Shown here piece by piece: positions 63,000 through 64,000 of a stretch of 64,000 nt of DNA; the first letter of the stretch is position 1; each line of letters begins with the position of its first letter. The DNA is from Octopus sinensis (Eukaryota): NCBI RefSeq assembly GCF_006345805.1, contig NW_021833248.1, positions 1 through 64,000 on the forward strand, read 5' to 3'. A program made the position numbers and the translations under genes. The notes under the pieces are model-generated. The model made no database searches, was not told the DNA's origin, and worked only from the letters and a program-made list of their open reading frames with translations.

Positions 63000-64000
63000 A
63001 ACAAACAGAACGATAGCAAGATAAAAAAAAATAGACAGACCTACTCACCAGAATACCAAAATAATTGTACCCACATCCAACTTTGTTGTGGTTAGAAAGA
63101 AAAATAAATAACAAAGATGCCCCTGTCGCCAAAACATATGGGCCTATAGTATGCTTGAAAATTATATGCAAACTGTACACTTATTGTCTGAATATGTTTC
63201 TCCAAGACCACTGCTAAAGAAATGGTATGATAACTGATGAACAGGCCGGAGGAAAGGAAGGTGTATGGGGTTGTGTTGAGCAGTTTCTCAACAAAGTTTT
63301 CCTTTAGGGAGCTCAGCAACATCGCCGTTATCTCTTAATAATATGGCTAGACTACGAGTCATTCCACTTTGTTCCTCACTAACAGGTGCATTTAACAAGA
63401 CCATATCTCACAATGCTTTTTGCAGTGCCAGTGTTAGTACCAACATTTGGTTTGTTTGACTGGATACCCAACAAGATACGCAGACTGGACATCTAACCGG
63501 AAGGGTACTGACCACTGCTGGTATCTTCTACGTTTACGACCATACCGATAGAGTCTATGTGAAACGAGTTGATGTTTGTAGAGGTCAGTAGTCAGTTCAA
63601 ATTGCTGTCCGATAACAGCTGCTGAAGAAAGAAATAAGTACATTCCATAAATACTCAAAATTAAGAGCAAAACATCTTAAGAATTAGTGAAAATCTACTG
63701 GGCATGTTCTCTGAGAATATAACAGTCTCCTGCAACTGAAAGGAGACTGGACTGGCCTACCAAAACAGAAGCTTGGAGGAGAAGCGGGCATCATGCCAAC
63801 AAAAAGCAATGCATGGGTATATATTCCGTAAGCTAGAGGGCAACAGCAGCATTGACAAGAAAAGAAACCTCGCCCGGACGTGTAATAGATACATTACATC
63901 CCACCAAGAAGGATATGCCTTCGCTATCAAGGAACAGGAGATAGTTATTAAATCCTGATAAACAAGAGAGACAATGATATCACCAAACGTTTACGTTGTA
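63000..64000 (+). mobile_element. Decayed R4/Dong-like LINE fragment that runs off the window
   Basis: YGPIVCL..ITDEQAGGKEGVWGCVEQFLNK and ITSHQEGYAFAIKEQEI. Confidence 0.75.

Overview
AT-rich, microsatellite-dense eukaryotic DNA. The SINE and LINE families look like those of an octopus or other coleoid cephalopod (inference from repeat recognition, no database search). Most of the window is transposon-derived: Ty3/Gypsy remnants, Penelope elements, L1/Tx1 fragments, several R4/Dong-like RLE LINE families stacked in (TAA)n arrays, one near-intact full-length APE-RT LINE with a trihelix plus CCCH ORF1, a full-length decayed mariner, a pogo element, a Helitron fragment, two foldback MITEs and tRNA-derived SINEs. 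Host coding sequence is limited to phase-1 exons of a probable PAN/Apple plus C-type lectin gene cluster (137-310, 8404-8742, 27438-27676) and a disabled PAN paralog (52848-53196). The strongest non-coding signal is a cluster of hammerhead ribozyme motifs at 33-37 kb, including two back-to-back copies inside a near-perfect 175-bp inverted repeat. Element boundaries without TIR or TSD support are approximate.
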